Assembly: GCA_963823335.1 (NCBI GenBank)
Contig: CAWGLD010000001.1
Coordinates: 896,001 to 960,000 of the forward strand
Reading direction: 5' to 3'
DNA: 64,000 nt
Source: an uncultured delta proteobacterium
GTDB lineage: Bacteria > Desulfobacterota > Desulfobacteria > Desulfobacterales > B30-G6
Part shown: piece after piece, positions 41,056-50,086 of the stretch
Position numbering within the stretch: the first letter of the stretch is position 1
Layout: the number at the start of each line of letters is the position of its first letter
Notes under the pieces: model-generated
The model's database searches: none
Seen by the model: the letters and a program-made list of their open reading frames with translations, nothing else
What the model was told of the DNA's origin: nothing
Position numbers and translations under genes: made by a program

Positions 41056-41275
41056 ATGGCTCGATGCTAAAAAATCCAACCATCATTGTCAAAATAATTC
41101 CGTTGAATTGATTTTAGTCCGAATATTTCAGGTTTGTGAAATTTCCGGGTTCGTAAACAACGGATTTTCCATGAACACGTGTGCTTCATTAGGCTTGTTT
41201 TTTCATGTCGGTTCTAATAATAAAATGGCTCAACTTAGTTTATTGAATCACAGTTACGCCAATACGGAGGTTGAG

Positions 41276-42082
41276 ATGAATGAGGACAGCTTTGTAAAAC
41301 TTGAAATGAAGGGACACGTTGCCTGGGTAACGCTGAACAGGCCTGAAAAACGAAACGCTTTGAATTTTGAGATGCTTGAACAACTGGTCGCCACCTTTCA
41401 GCAACTGGATCAGGATGATAACACCCGGGTCATCGTTATCAACGGAGAAGGGAAAAGCTTCTGCGCCGGTCTGGAACTGACCGCTCTGGCAGGCCTGATC
41501 GAAAAGAAATCAGCCGATTACAGGGAACGCCTGCGTAGAACCATTCTCCATGGGCAGACCAGCACCAATATTATTGAGCTGTGCAATAAACCGGTGATCC
41601 TGGCATCCCACAGCCACTGTATCGGGGGAGGCGTTGACATCGCCTGTGCCTGCGATATACGCTTGGCCTCCAAAGACGCGATCTTCTCTGTTCGTGAAAC
41701 CAGACTGGCCTTTGTTGCAGACCTTGGCACCACCCAGCGGCTGCACCGTATTGTGGGTGAACCCTGGGCAAGGGAGCTTTGTCTTACCGGAAGAGATTTT
41801 ACCGGCGAGAGCGCCCTTCGGATTGGATTTATCACCCACCTATGTGAAGACAAGGCATCCTTGTTTCAAAAAGCCCAGGAAATTGCCCAGGAAATTGCGG
41901 ACAACTCGCCCCTGGCTGTCCAGGGTGTCAAGGATGTTCTACGCTTTACCAGCGATCACGGCACCGTGGCAGGACTCAAGTATGTGGCCCAGAAAAATGC
42001 CGCCATGCTCATCTGCGACGATGGTATCGAAGCCGTCACCGCAGCCATCGAAAAGAGGAAGCCCGTATTCAAGGGCAAATAA
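41276..42082 (+). CDS. Crotonase-family enoyl-CoA hydratase/isomerase
   Basis: VTLNRPEKRNA, SFCAGL, CIGGGVD, ADLGT; GGAGG RBS before ATG 41276. Confidence 0.92.
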   Translation: MNEDSFVKLEMKGHVAWVTLNRPEKRNALNFEMLEQLVATFQQLDQDDNTRVIVINGEGKSFCAGLELTALAGLIEKKSADYRERLRRTILHGQTSTNIIELCNKPVILASHSHCIGGGVDIACACDIRLASKDAIFSVRETRLAFVADLGTTQRLHRIVGEPWARELCLTGRDFTGESALRIGFITHLCEDKASLFQKAQEIAQEIADNSPLAVQGVKDVLRFTSDHGTVAGLKYVAQKNAAMLICDDGIEAVTAAIEKRKPVFKGK

Positions 42083-42119
42083 TATATTTACACGAATAAA
42101 ATTCGTGTGAATATATTAT
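42079..42119. repeat. 19-bp inverted repeat after the crotonase stop
   Basis: ATAATATATTTACACGAAT / ATTCGTGTGAATATATTAT, 18/19 complementary, 3-nt loop. Confidence 0.8.
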
Positions 42120-42326
42120 CGAACACGACATTGCCGTTTCAGGCGAACCGGTTACTTGGGCGGCAATGACATGGCAAAATCGACACCTCCTTCAATTGTT
42201 ATACAGGCACTGTCTGTTTGGGTTCTGCGGTTGTTACTTTACGTAAAATATTATATGTATGGACGTGTTCCATGTCACCATCCAGAACAAAAACCGCAAC
42301 CCTTGGATACCGATTTTGGAGGCCTC

Positions 42327-43967
42327 ATGAAAAAAGCCAGCCCGTACATCCTAATCGTTTTTTTCATCTTGTCGACCCTGGGTCATGCTTCTGAGTTCGT
42401 ATCGTCCCAAATTTCGGAAGTCACTCTTTTTTCCAACCAGGCCATGGTTGTCAGAGAAGGGCAGGCCCATTTAACGCCAGGCATGAATGAACTGCTTGTT
42501 GAAACCACTGCATTCAACGTGGACAAGGATTCCGTGTCCGCCCAGGTTTTTGGGAATGGAGAGATGGTCAGTGTCCAGATCAAGCAGATCCCCCTGGCTG
42601 ACTTCCCTCAAGATCAGGTCAATACCCTTTCGGAAAAACTCAGAAAACTGAAACAATCCCGAAAGAGTTTGTCCGACAAAAAGACGGTTCTCGGTAAAAA
42701 GGCGTCTTTCCTGGATGGTCTGATTGATTTTTCAAAAACACAACTCCCCAAGGATGTTCAAACCCGTTATCCCAAGATGGAAGACATCCAGGAAACATTG
42801 TCCTTTATCGGTTCCACATCCACAGAGATCCATGCGGAAAGCCAGACCCTCGATATTGCCCTGGAAGACATGGACAGGGAAATTGATAAAGCCCAAAAAG
42901 AGCTCGCCGCCGTAGGCGGTAGCAGCCGAGCCTCCAAACAGGCCATAGAAATCCTTTTCAATGCCACCCAGGAGGAAACCGTTCTGCTGAGTGTTCAATA
43001 TCTGGTGAGTAGCGCCCTTTGGCAGCCTTTGTACAAAATTTCCGTGCCCATGGATCTATCGGTATTGGATTTGACCATGTTTGCTCATATTTCCCAGAAA
43101 TCAGGGGAAGACTGGAAGAAGATAGCCCTTTCTGTGTCCAATGTCATTCCGGTAAAAGGGGTCCGATTTCCCGATATATCTCCCTGGAGACTAGATCTGC
43201 CAAGACCCGCCCCTGCACTTCTCATGCGGTCCCAGGCCAAGTCCCTGGCAGAAGTCTCTGATACCATGGAACACGATGAAGAAATTCAATTGGGTGCAAG
43301 TGTTCCCGCTGAATATATGTCTGCTTCGGCAAAAGAGCTGCCCCTCTCCTTTGAATACAAGATGCCCTTTCCCGTGGACATCGATTCCAGAGATCAATAC
43401 TCGATTTTACCATTGTTGACAAAAAAATTGTCCGCCGACACCTTTCACTACAGCGTTCCCGGGAAAACTAATCTTACCTTTCTTGTTGCAGAAACCAAGG
43501 CGGACAAGGAGTTGTTGGCAGGCAAGTTGAATGTCTATTTTGGCGGTCGCTATATCGGAAATACCTCTTTGTCCGAAAAAAAGCCAGCCGAACCCTTTTC
43601 CCTGAATCTCGGCGCCGACCGTGACGTAAAAGTTCATCGCAAAAAATTGAAAGACAAGATCAAAGAAACCTATTTTGGTACCATTCAGAGGGATACGGTG
43701 GTCCGGTCGTTTTCGTATAAAATAACTGCCGAGAATATCAAAGACCGACCGGTTACGTTAAAAATAGTTGACAGGGTGCCTGTTTCAAAAACAGACAAGA
43801 TCGAGGTTAAAGACATCCAACTCACCCCGGTGCCGACAGAAAGCAACTATCAAGACAAGGAAGGCGTCCACTTGTGGGTGCTCCAGCTGTCACCGGGGGA
43901 AACACGCGAAATTTTTCTCGACTTCACGGTTGCCTATCCCACGGGATCTAATCCCTTGGGGTTTTAA
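42327..43967 (+). CDS. DUF4140/DUF4139 (MuiA-like) secreted protein
   Basis: Signal peptide, ISEVTLF, coiled coil, WQPLY, QKSGEDW, LGAD, DRVPVS; GGAGG RBS before ATG 42327. Confidence 0.88.
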   Translation: MKKASPYILIVFFILSTLGHASEFVSSQISEVTLFSNQAMVVREGQAHLTPGMNELLVETTAFNVDKDSVSAQVFGNGEMVSVQIKQIPLADFPQDQVNTLSEKLRKLKQSRKSLSDKKTVLGKKASFLDGLIDFSKTQLPKDVQTRYPKMEDIQETLSFIGSTSTEIHAESQTLDIALEDMDREIDKAQKELAAVGGSSRASKQAIEILFNATQEETVLLSVQYLVSSALWQPLYKISVPMDLSVLDLTMFAHISQKSGEDWKKIALSVSNVIPVKGVRFPDISPWRLDLPRPAPALLMRSQAKSLAEVSDTMEHDEEIQLGASVPAEYMSASAKELPLSFEYKMPFPVDIDSRDQYSILPLLTKKLSADTFHYSVPGKTNLTFLVAETKADKELLAGKLNVYFGGRYIGNTSLSEKKPAEPFSLNLGADRDVKVHRKKLKDKIKETYFGTIQRDTVVRSFSYKITAENIKDRPVTLKIVDRVPVSKTDKIEVKDIQLTPVPTESNYQDKEGVHLWVLQLSPGETREIFLDFTVAYPTGSNPLGF

Positions 43968-43981
43968 GAATCTACTAACCA

Positions 43982-44452
43982 TTACAGCAGTTTTTTTCGC
44001 ATAAAAACAGACAAGGGATCTTTTTGATACGAACCAAAGGGTCCTGTTTTTTCATATCCAAGCTTTTGATAGAGCCCCAAGGCTTCGCTTTGATGGATAC
44101 CTGTTTCGAGGCAGGCCTCTGGATAACCCTCTTGAACCGCTTTCTTTTCCAGGGCATTCATCAGCTTTATTGCCAGGCCCATTCCCCGGTTTTGGTGGGG
44201 CACATACAGTCGTTTTATCTCCACATACTTCCCGGGCATGCGTCTGAATGAGGCAATTCCCAGTAATTCCTGGTCGTTGCATGCGGCAATAAAATAGTAG
44301 TCAGGAGAAACGAGTTTTTCCAACGGTTCAAGGTGGTTGCTTTCCGGTGGATAGAGGGATGCCTGGTAATCATCCAATTTTAAAATCATCTCTTGAATGG
44401 AAGGCGTCCTCGGATCCGCAGGACCAATTTTAAGCTTTATTTTTTCTTTCAT
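43982..44452 (-). CDS. GNAT acetyltransferase
   Basis: LYPPESNH, EIKRLYV, RGMGLA, LETG..Q.EALGLY. Confidence 0.9.
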   Translation of the reverse strand: MKEKIKLKIGPADPRTPSIQEMILKLDDYQASLYPPESNHLEPLEKLVSPDYYFIAACNDQELLGIASFRRMPGKYVEIKRLYVPHQNRGMGLAIKLMNALEKKAVQEGYPEACLETGIHQSEALGLYQKLGYEKTGPFGSYQKDPLSVFMRKKLL

Positions 44453-44456
44453 CCTT

Positions 44457-45008
44457 CTAAATCATTTTCTGCAATATCTGCTCTGTCGAGAGAACCGCTG
44501 CATAGGTGCCGGACAGTGCGGCCATAAAGGACGCATGCACTGCTGAGGCTGGGATGGTTGTATCGTTGAAATACAAATCACGGGTGGCACAGGCGTCTTC
44601 GGCGACCTCACAATCAAACCCCAGATCAAACCCGGCCCGAACGGTGGCGTCAATACACATGTGGCTCATAGCACCACAAAAAAGCAGACCGGTGATGTTC
44701 TCTTTTTTCAGAATTTCCAGGAGAATGGTATCACGAAAGCTGTTTGGGTAGTTTTTTGTTACAACCGTTTCACCTTCTTGAGCGGCCAACAGGTTATGGG
44801 TTTCGGCACCGCGGGTTTCCGGCAGGAAAAATGTCGCCTTCGGACCCATGGAAACATGCCGCACGTGAATGATTCGGGAACCCGTGCTTCTATATTTTTG
44901 CAACAGCATCTTTGCATTTGCGGCAGCCGTTTCCATGCCGACAAGCGCCATGCGACCATCCGGAAAATAATCATTCTGAATGTCAATCAATATCAAGCAA
45001 GTTTTCAT
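44457..45008 (-). CDS. Isochorismatase-family cysteine hydrolase
   Basis: [33 protein letters not shown]. Confidence 0.93.
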   Translation of the reverse strand: MKTCLILIDIQNDYFPDGRMALVGMETAAANAKMLLQKYRSTGSRIIHVRHVSMGPKATFFLPETRGAETHNLLAAQEGETVVTKNYPNSFRDTILLEILKKENITGLLFCGAMSHMCIDATVRAGFDLGFDCEVAEDACATRDLYFNDTTIPASAVHASFMAALSGTYAAVLSTEQILQKMI

Positions 45009-45438
45009 CTATCTGCTTTCCCATGCTGATTCGATCTTCCAGCGCATACCCATTGAACCGATAAAACCGCTGAACATCTTCATTTCCTCTCAATATCTGG
45101 AGGTTGATTTTAACACACCCCAGGGAAGCCAGACGTCTCTCCGCATGGGATAGCAGTAATGACGCTATGCCCTTTTTTCGATGCCCGGGATGAACCGCCA
45201 TAGCATAAATCCAGCCCCTGTGCCCATCGTAGCCCGCCATCACCGTTCCCACGATTCCCTCTGGGTGGACGGCCACAAAAAACAAACCATCGAGCATGGC
45301 AATTTTTTTGTCGATGACAAAACCTGGGTCGTTGCGAGCCGCTTCGTAACCAAAAATATCTCTCCAGAGTGTGACAACCTGTTCGCGGTGTTTCACGTTG
45401 TTATATGGTAGAATTTCAAATGGATAGTTATCCATCAT
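44983..45438 (-). CDS. GNAT acetyltransferase (YpeA-like)
   Basis: [31 protein letters not shown]. Confidence 0.9.
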   Translation of the reverse strand: MMDNYPFEILPYNNVKHREQVVTLWRDIFGYEAARNDPGFVIDKKIAMLDGLFFVAVHPEGIVGTVMAGYDGHRGWIYAMAVHPGHRKKGIASLLLSHAERRLASLGCVKINLQILRGNEDVQRFYRFNGYALEDRISMGKQIDENLLDID

Positions 45439-45557
45439 TTCATTGCCTGTTCAAGATCAGCCATAATATCATCGGCATCTTCTATCCCCACAGACAAACG
45501 CAACAAACCGTCTGTAATGCCCAGTTCTGCACGTTCCCCATCCGTGAAGTTTTGCAT
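45435..45557 (-). pseudogene. C-terminal remnant of a PLP-dependent Cys/Met metabolism enzyme (MetB/MegL family)
   Basis: [32 protein letters not shown]; only 40 codons, with an in-frame stop just upstream; its stop overlaps the next ATG. Confidence 0.85.
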
Positions 45558-45577
45558 GGGCGGCCAATTTCAAACGT

Positions 45578-46072
45578 CTAAAGGGTATAGGCCAGTAAAG
45601 AAACCTTGAAAGGTAAGTGTGAAAATGTTTTGACTTCTTGCTCCACAAATCCCATCTTCTCGTACCACTTCTTCAATTCAATCTGTTCGGAAATGATGCC
45701 GATACCGATTCTATGAACCCCCGCAGCTCTTGCCACGTCAAATACATGGCGTATGAGTTCTTTGCCAAAACCATTATTTCGATATTGAGGCAACACCGCC
45801 AGGCGCTCAAGATAGCCCTCTTCAGGCTTGGCTTTTTCAAAGGCTGTGCACCCGATGGTCTTCTCATCAAGCTCAAGGCAATAGTAACTTACCCCACGGT
45901 TCATATCCTTCTTCACCCAGTTTATGCTGCAGTTGGACGGATGCTTGGGGCAGTTTTGATCTGTGAGATTAAACCGTTCAGCCACATCCCGGTAGGCGAC
46001 CCGGATGAGGCCGGCCAGATTGGAAGCTTCATGCGGTCCTGCTTCCCTGATATGTCGGGCGATTTCATTCAT
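45578..46072 (-). CDS. GNAT acetyltransferase
   Basis: NCPKHPS, YLERLAVLPQYRNNGFG, WYEKMGF. Confidence 0.88.
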   Translation of the reverse strand: MNEIARHIREAGPHEASNLAGLIRVAYRDVAERFNLTDQNCPKHPSNCSINWVKKDMNRGVSYYCLELDEKTIGCTAFEKAKPEEGYLERLAVLPQYRNNGFGKELIRHVFDVARAAGVHRIGIGIISEQIELKKWYEKMGFVEQEVKTFSHLPFKVSLLAYTL

Positions 46073-46092
46073 GTCGACCAGGGGTGTTCCTG

Positions 46093-46668
46093 TTACCAGC
46101 TTTCGCAAAACAACTCGAAATGACCGGTCGGTCTTACACAGGCAGGACATTTCCCCGGAGGTTGGGTCCCTTCATGAATATACCCACAGTTTCTGCAGCG
46201 CCAACGCATCTGTTTTTCTCGCTTGAAAATTTTACCGGATTGCATGTTCCGGGCCAGGGCCAGGAAGGTTTTCTCATGCTGTACTTCGGCAACGATAATA
46301 GCATCCCAGGTGTCTGCCGCCCGCAGGTAGTTTTCCTCCCGCGCTATGGCGGCAAACCCTGGATATAGCGTTGTATGCACATTGTTTTCAAGCTCTGCAG
46401 ACGCTATCAGGTTCTCGTGGGTCGTTTTGATGACACCGGTAAGAAACGTTGCCGTAATTTCGAGTTCGCCGCCATTGAAAAACTTGAAAAATCGCAAGGC
46501 GTGTTCCCGCTCCTGATCAGCGGTTTCTTCAAATATTGCAGCGATCTGGGCAAATTCGTCTTTTTGGGCCTTGTTCGCAAAAAATTGATACCGCGTGGTT
46601 GCCTGGGATTCGAAAGCAAAGGACGTCAGCAGGTTTTTGGCTGTTTGGCTTTCCTTGAATTTCCCCAC
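46093..46668 (-). CDS. rbr: Rubrerythrin
   Basis: TAKNLL...ESQA..RY, ETADQEREHA, AEVQHE, WRCRNCGYIH...CPAC; GTG start after GAGGAGG. Confidence 0.93.
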   Translation of the reverse strand: MGKFKESQTAKNLLTSFAFESQATTRYQFFANKAQKDEFAQIAAIFEETADQEREHALRFFKFFNGGELEITATFLTGVIKTTHENLIASAELENNVHTTLYPGFAAIAREENYLRAADTWDAIIVAEVQHEKTFLALARNMQSGKIFKREKQMRWRCRNCGYIHEGTQPPGKCPACVRPTGHFELFCESW

Positions 46669-46756
46669 ACCGCCTCCTCTTAAATAGCGATCGCACCCTC
46701 AACCTCACCCTGAGGGTTTCGCTATTGGAAATGTTCAATGCATATATTAATGGCTG

Positions 46757-46948
46757 TTACTCGATAATTTCAATCGCCTCGGCCCCGCACTCGGCAGCAG
46801 CCTGTCGAACAACTGCTTGCAGATGTTCGGGAATTTCATCGAATTTAACGATGGACATCAGCTGATCTTCGTCGTACTCAAAAACCTCCGGGCAAAGTTC
46901 ATTACAGTTTCTGTCTCCCATGCAATTCTTGGTGATAACAACTTTCAT
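46757..46948 (-). CDS. Small monocluster ferredoxin (CxxDxxC type)
   Basis: CMGDRNCNELCPEVF...AAAECGAEAI; AAGGAGG RBS. Confidence 0.88.
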   Translation of the reverse strand: MKVVITKNCMGDRNCNELCPEVFEYDEDQLMSIVKFDEIPEHLQAVVRQAAAECGAEAIEIIE

Positions 46949-47109
46949 CTTTCCGCCTCCTTTTTTGATATTTAAATACATCCTTCGGGTTGCAGGCCCT
47001 CAGAATTTTGAGTTGTGCATTTCACGATTAACTTATATTGCTTAAAAACCAGATTTTGTGTCCTGTCAACAAAAGGATCCGATAATATGAACAATCTTCA
47101 TAAGCGACA

Positions 47110-47949
47110 ATGATACTCTCTTTTCACCCTTTATATACAGCAGACCTAAATCTGCTGTGTGCCGGGCGTGATCCCGGCAGGTCTGAACGGGCGGCACTCC
47201 TTCAGGCAAAGGCCGTGATTCTGCCCCAGGGCTGTCGGGAATCGCTGTATCGCATGGCAAAAAACAACTGCGCGTATGTGTTCCCAGACTATGATGCACG
47301 CTTTGCATATCCGGAAAAAATCGGCCAGGCCAAACTGTTTCATGAAATGAAGGCCCCCCATCCGCATACCGTGATTTATGACAAAGGCGCTTTGACCGAG
47401 GCAGAATATCAAGCCGTGTTGAACAATCCTCCCTTTGAACTGCCATTTGTTTTCAAGTTCAACTGGGGCGGCGAAGGTGAAACCGTTTTTTGCCTAAAAT
47501 CTCGGGAGGCCGTTGAAAAAACACTGAAAAATGCTATTTTATATGGAAAAACGGGTCAGTACGGCTTTCTGCTCCAGGAGCTCATACCATCCAAAGGGCG
47601 TTCGCTACGCGTGGTTGTAATCCATCAATCCTATATTTCCTACTGGCGGGTCCATGAAGATGACGATGGTTTCTACACGAACCTGACAAAAGGTGCTAAA
47701 ATAGACGCTGAATCAGATCCAGCCTTGCAGGAAGCTGCAGTAGCTGCAACTCGAACGTTTTGTAATCAAACAAAGACCAACCTGGCTGGGTTCGATTTTC
47801 TGTTTTCAGAAACGGACCTCGAAGCCGGTGTAATAAAACCGCTCTTTCTTGAAATCAATTATTTCTTCGGCCGCAAAGGGCTCGGTGGCTCTGAAAAATA
47901 CTATCAAATCCTGCATGACGAAATCGACAACTGGCTCAAACAGATATAA
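47110..47949 (+). CDS. RimK-like ATP-grasp protein
   Basis: PFVFKFNWGGEG, LLQELI, LRVVVI, TNLTKG, AGFD, FLEIN. Confidence 0.82.
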   Translation: MILSFHPLYTADLNLLCAGRDPGRSERAALLQAKAVILPQGCRESLYRMAKNNCAYVFPDYDARFAYPEKIGQAKLFHEMKAPHPHTVIYDKGALTEAEYQAVLNNPPFELPFVFKFNWGGEGETVFCLKSREAVEKTLKNAILYGKTGQYGFLLQELIPSKGRSLRVVVIHQSYISYWRVHEDDDGFYTNLTKGAKIDAESDPALQEAAVAATRTFCNQTKTNLAGFDFLFSETDLEAGVIKPLFLEINYFFGRKGLGGSEKYYQILHDEIDNWLKQI

Positions 47950-47950
47950 A

Positions 47951-48244
47951 ATGGACCCATACGCTTATAATCTTTCTGAAAACGACATCAAGCGGGAACG
48001 TCACAAGGCGCGCGAGATGCGAAGCTCCCAGTGGTGGAAACGAAAGTGCGACAAAGGTATCTGTCATTACTGCGGTCGCTCGATCCTGCCCAAAGAGCTC
48101 ACCATGGATCACATCGTACCCCTTGCCCGGGGTGGAAAAACCACCAAGGGCAATGTCGTTCCCTGCTGCAAGGAATGTAACACGCAAAAAAAGCAGCTTC
48201 TGCCATTGGAGTGGGAAGCCTACCTCTCCCGTCAGACGATATGA
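47951..48244 (+). CDS. Small HNH endonuclease
   Basis: CHYCG, LTMDHIVPLARGG, NVVPCCKECN. Confidence 0.9.
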   Translation: MDPYAYNLSENDIKRERHKAREMRSSQWWKRKCDKGICHYCGRSILPKELTMDHIVPLARGGKTTKGNVVPCCKECNTQKKQLLPLEWEAYLSRQTI

Positions 48245-48460
48245 TCTTACGTCATCTGCTGCGATCCAAATTAAAAAGATTGACATCCTCTCCATAAAAG
48301 AATAGGTTAATTTCCCGAAATAACTTCATGTTCTTATGGTTGTGTCTCGTTGTAGTACTTGCGTTATCTCTGAATTCTCCTTTCGCCCGGTACCCACAGC
48401 GTGCCAGTCTGTGAACTGTTGTTGAATAAGCCCGTGGCTTATCAGAAAATCCGCTTTATC

Positions 48461-48571
48461 GGGGTTGCGGTTTTGACGAACGAATCTGAATCAGACATAA
48501 TTCCTTTCGGTCGCTTTTAAGCACCGCCGCACGGCAGAAGATTCCTCGCAACTTGTGGGAGGAATCTTCAA
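48461..48571. repeat. Dispersed palindromic repeat family, copy 4
   Basis: CGAATCTGAATCAGACATAATTCCTT matches copy 3; terminal hairpin GAAGATTCCTC/GAGGAATCTTC (48537-48569). Confidence 0.78.
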
Positions 48572-48601
48572 GTTCTTCTAAATGTATGGTCAGGAGATAC
48601 G

Positions 48602-50086
48602 ATGCGTACTGAAAAAGAAATCGAGTACCTTTTAAAAGCCATCGATGCATTCCAGAGAAAAATCCTTGTCGTCACATCTGACTTTAAAATCCTGGCCTCA
48701 AATGTCCCCCTCGACAAGCTATCCGAGTCCAAAGATAATGGAAACACCTGTCACGAACTTTTTTATGATCGCCCGTCACCTTGCGAGAACTGCGCTGTCA
48801 AAGCAACCAAAGAAAGCCTCTCGCCGTCCCTGTGTCCCAAGCCTGACAGCTTCATTCTCGAAGGCAGTTTACCCTGTTTTTACGCCTATCCCATCATGGA
48901 CGGCAATACCGTGGAGGCCTATGTCAGTATGGACTTTCAGATCCCCAGCATAGGGCTGTTGGAAGAAGAGCTGCACCGCACCAACGCGCTATTGGAAAAC
49001 CTCCTTCTGAGTGCCGTCGATTGTGTGATCGCAGCCGACATGAAGGGGAATATTTTTCTGTTCAACGCATCCGCCGAGGAACTCTTCGGATACAGCAAGA
49101 AAGAAGCCAGAAACAGTATCAATGTACGCGACATCTACCCGGGAGACGGTGCACGTCAAGTGATGAAACTGTTGCGAAGCGATACCTATGGAGGTAAAGG
49201 GCGTCTAAAAACCTATCATACCAATGCTCTTTCCAAATCAGGAACAGAGATACCTATCAGCCTTTACGCATCTGTCATTTATGAAGAAGGCAAGGAAGTT
49301 GCTACCATTGGATTTTTTCATGATCTCAGGGACCGGATCCGGATCCAGAAAGAATTAGACGACACGCAGGTGCAACTATTACAAGCCGAAAAAATGTCTT
49401 CCCTGGGAAAACTGGCGGCAGGTGTTGCCCATCAGATCAATAATCCCCTGGGGGGTATTACCCTTTTTGCCAAGCTGATGCTGGAAGAATACACCCTTGA
49501 AAAAGGTGCTCAAGAAGATTTGCACCGCATTTTAAGAGATGCCGAGAGATGCCAGAACACGGTCAAGGAACTGCTCGAGTTCACCCGCCAGACACGGCAT
49601 CTGATGCAACCCAACAACATCAACGAAGCACTGAATCGAACACTGTTTCTTCTTGAAAATCAAACTCTTTTTCAAAATATTGATATCAAGAAAGATTTTC
49701 AGCCGGATCTTCCCCTCGTTGTATCCGATGCACAGCAGCTGTATCATCTGATGATGAACATCATTCTCAATGCAGCCCAAGCCATGGATGGCAATGGTGC
49801 GCTTCACCTTAAAACCTATCATCTGGAAAAACAGGCTCGTGTCTGCATCGAAATTTCCGACACGGGTCCGGGGATACCCGAGGAAGCCCTGCCACATATC
49901 TTTGAACCTTTTTTTACTACCAAGGATGAAGGCAAAGGAACCGGCTTAGGGCTCAGCCTGGCATACAATATCGCCGAAAGCCACGGAGGTAGGATGTCCG
50001 CCAGAAACAACCGGGAAAAGGGCGCCTCGTTTATTATCGAGTTGCCATCTGCTTCTAAAGATCAGAAAGGAGACGAGCGTGAATGA
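48602..50086 (+). CDS. PAS-domain sensor histidine kinase (NtrB-like)
   Basis: Cys-rich N-terminal PAS-like region, PAS, AGVAHQINNPL, NAAQA, DTGPGI, FFTTK, GTGLGL. Confidence 0.93.
   Translation: MRTEKEIEYLLKAIDAFQRKILVVTSDFKILASNVPLDKLSESKDNGNTCHELFYDRPSPCENCAVKATKESLSPSLCPKPDSFILEGSLPCFYAYPIMDGNTVEAYVSMDFQIPSIGLLEEELHRTNALLENLLLSAVDCVIAADMKGNIFLFNASAEELFGYSKKEARNSINVRDIYPGDGARQVMKLLRSDTYGGKGRLKTYHTNALSKSGTEIPISLYASVIYEEGKEVATIGFFHDLRDRIRIQKELDDTQVQLLQAEKMSSLGKLAAGVAHQINNPLGGITLFAKLMLEEYTLEKGAQEDLHRILRDAERCQNTVKELLEFTRQTRHLMQPNNINEALNRTLFLLENQTLFQNIDIKKDFQPDLPLVVSDAQQLYHLMMNIILNAAQAMDGNGALHLKTYHLEKQARVCIEISDTGPGIPEEALPHIFEPFFTTKDEGKGTGLGLSLAYNIAESHGGRMSARNNREKGASFIIELPSASKDQKGDERE

Noticed and set aside
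42150-42200. Strong minus-strand AAGGAGGT RBS-like site
   Set aside because: It is followed only by very short ORFs with no recognisable content.
32375-46948. Integron cassette array
   Set aside because: Gene content is cassette-like, but spacers are mostly too short, no repeated attC-like palindromes were seen, and there is no integrase.
47951-48244. HNH protein as a defence system or homing element
   Set aside because: No methylase, ATPase, intron or other partner nearby; it looks like a common stand-alone small HNH.
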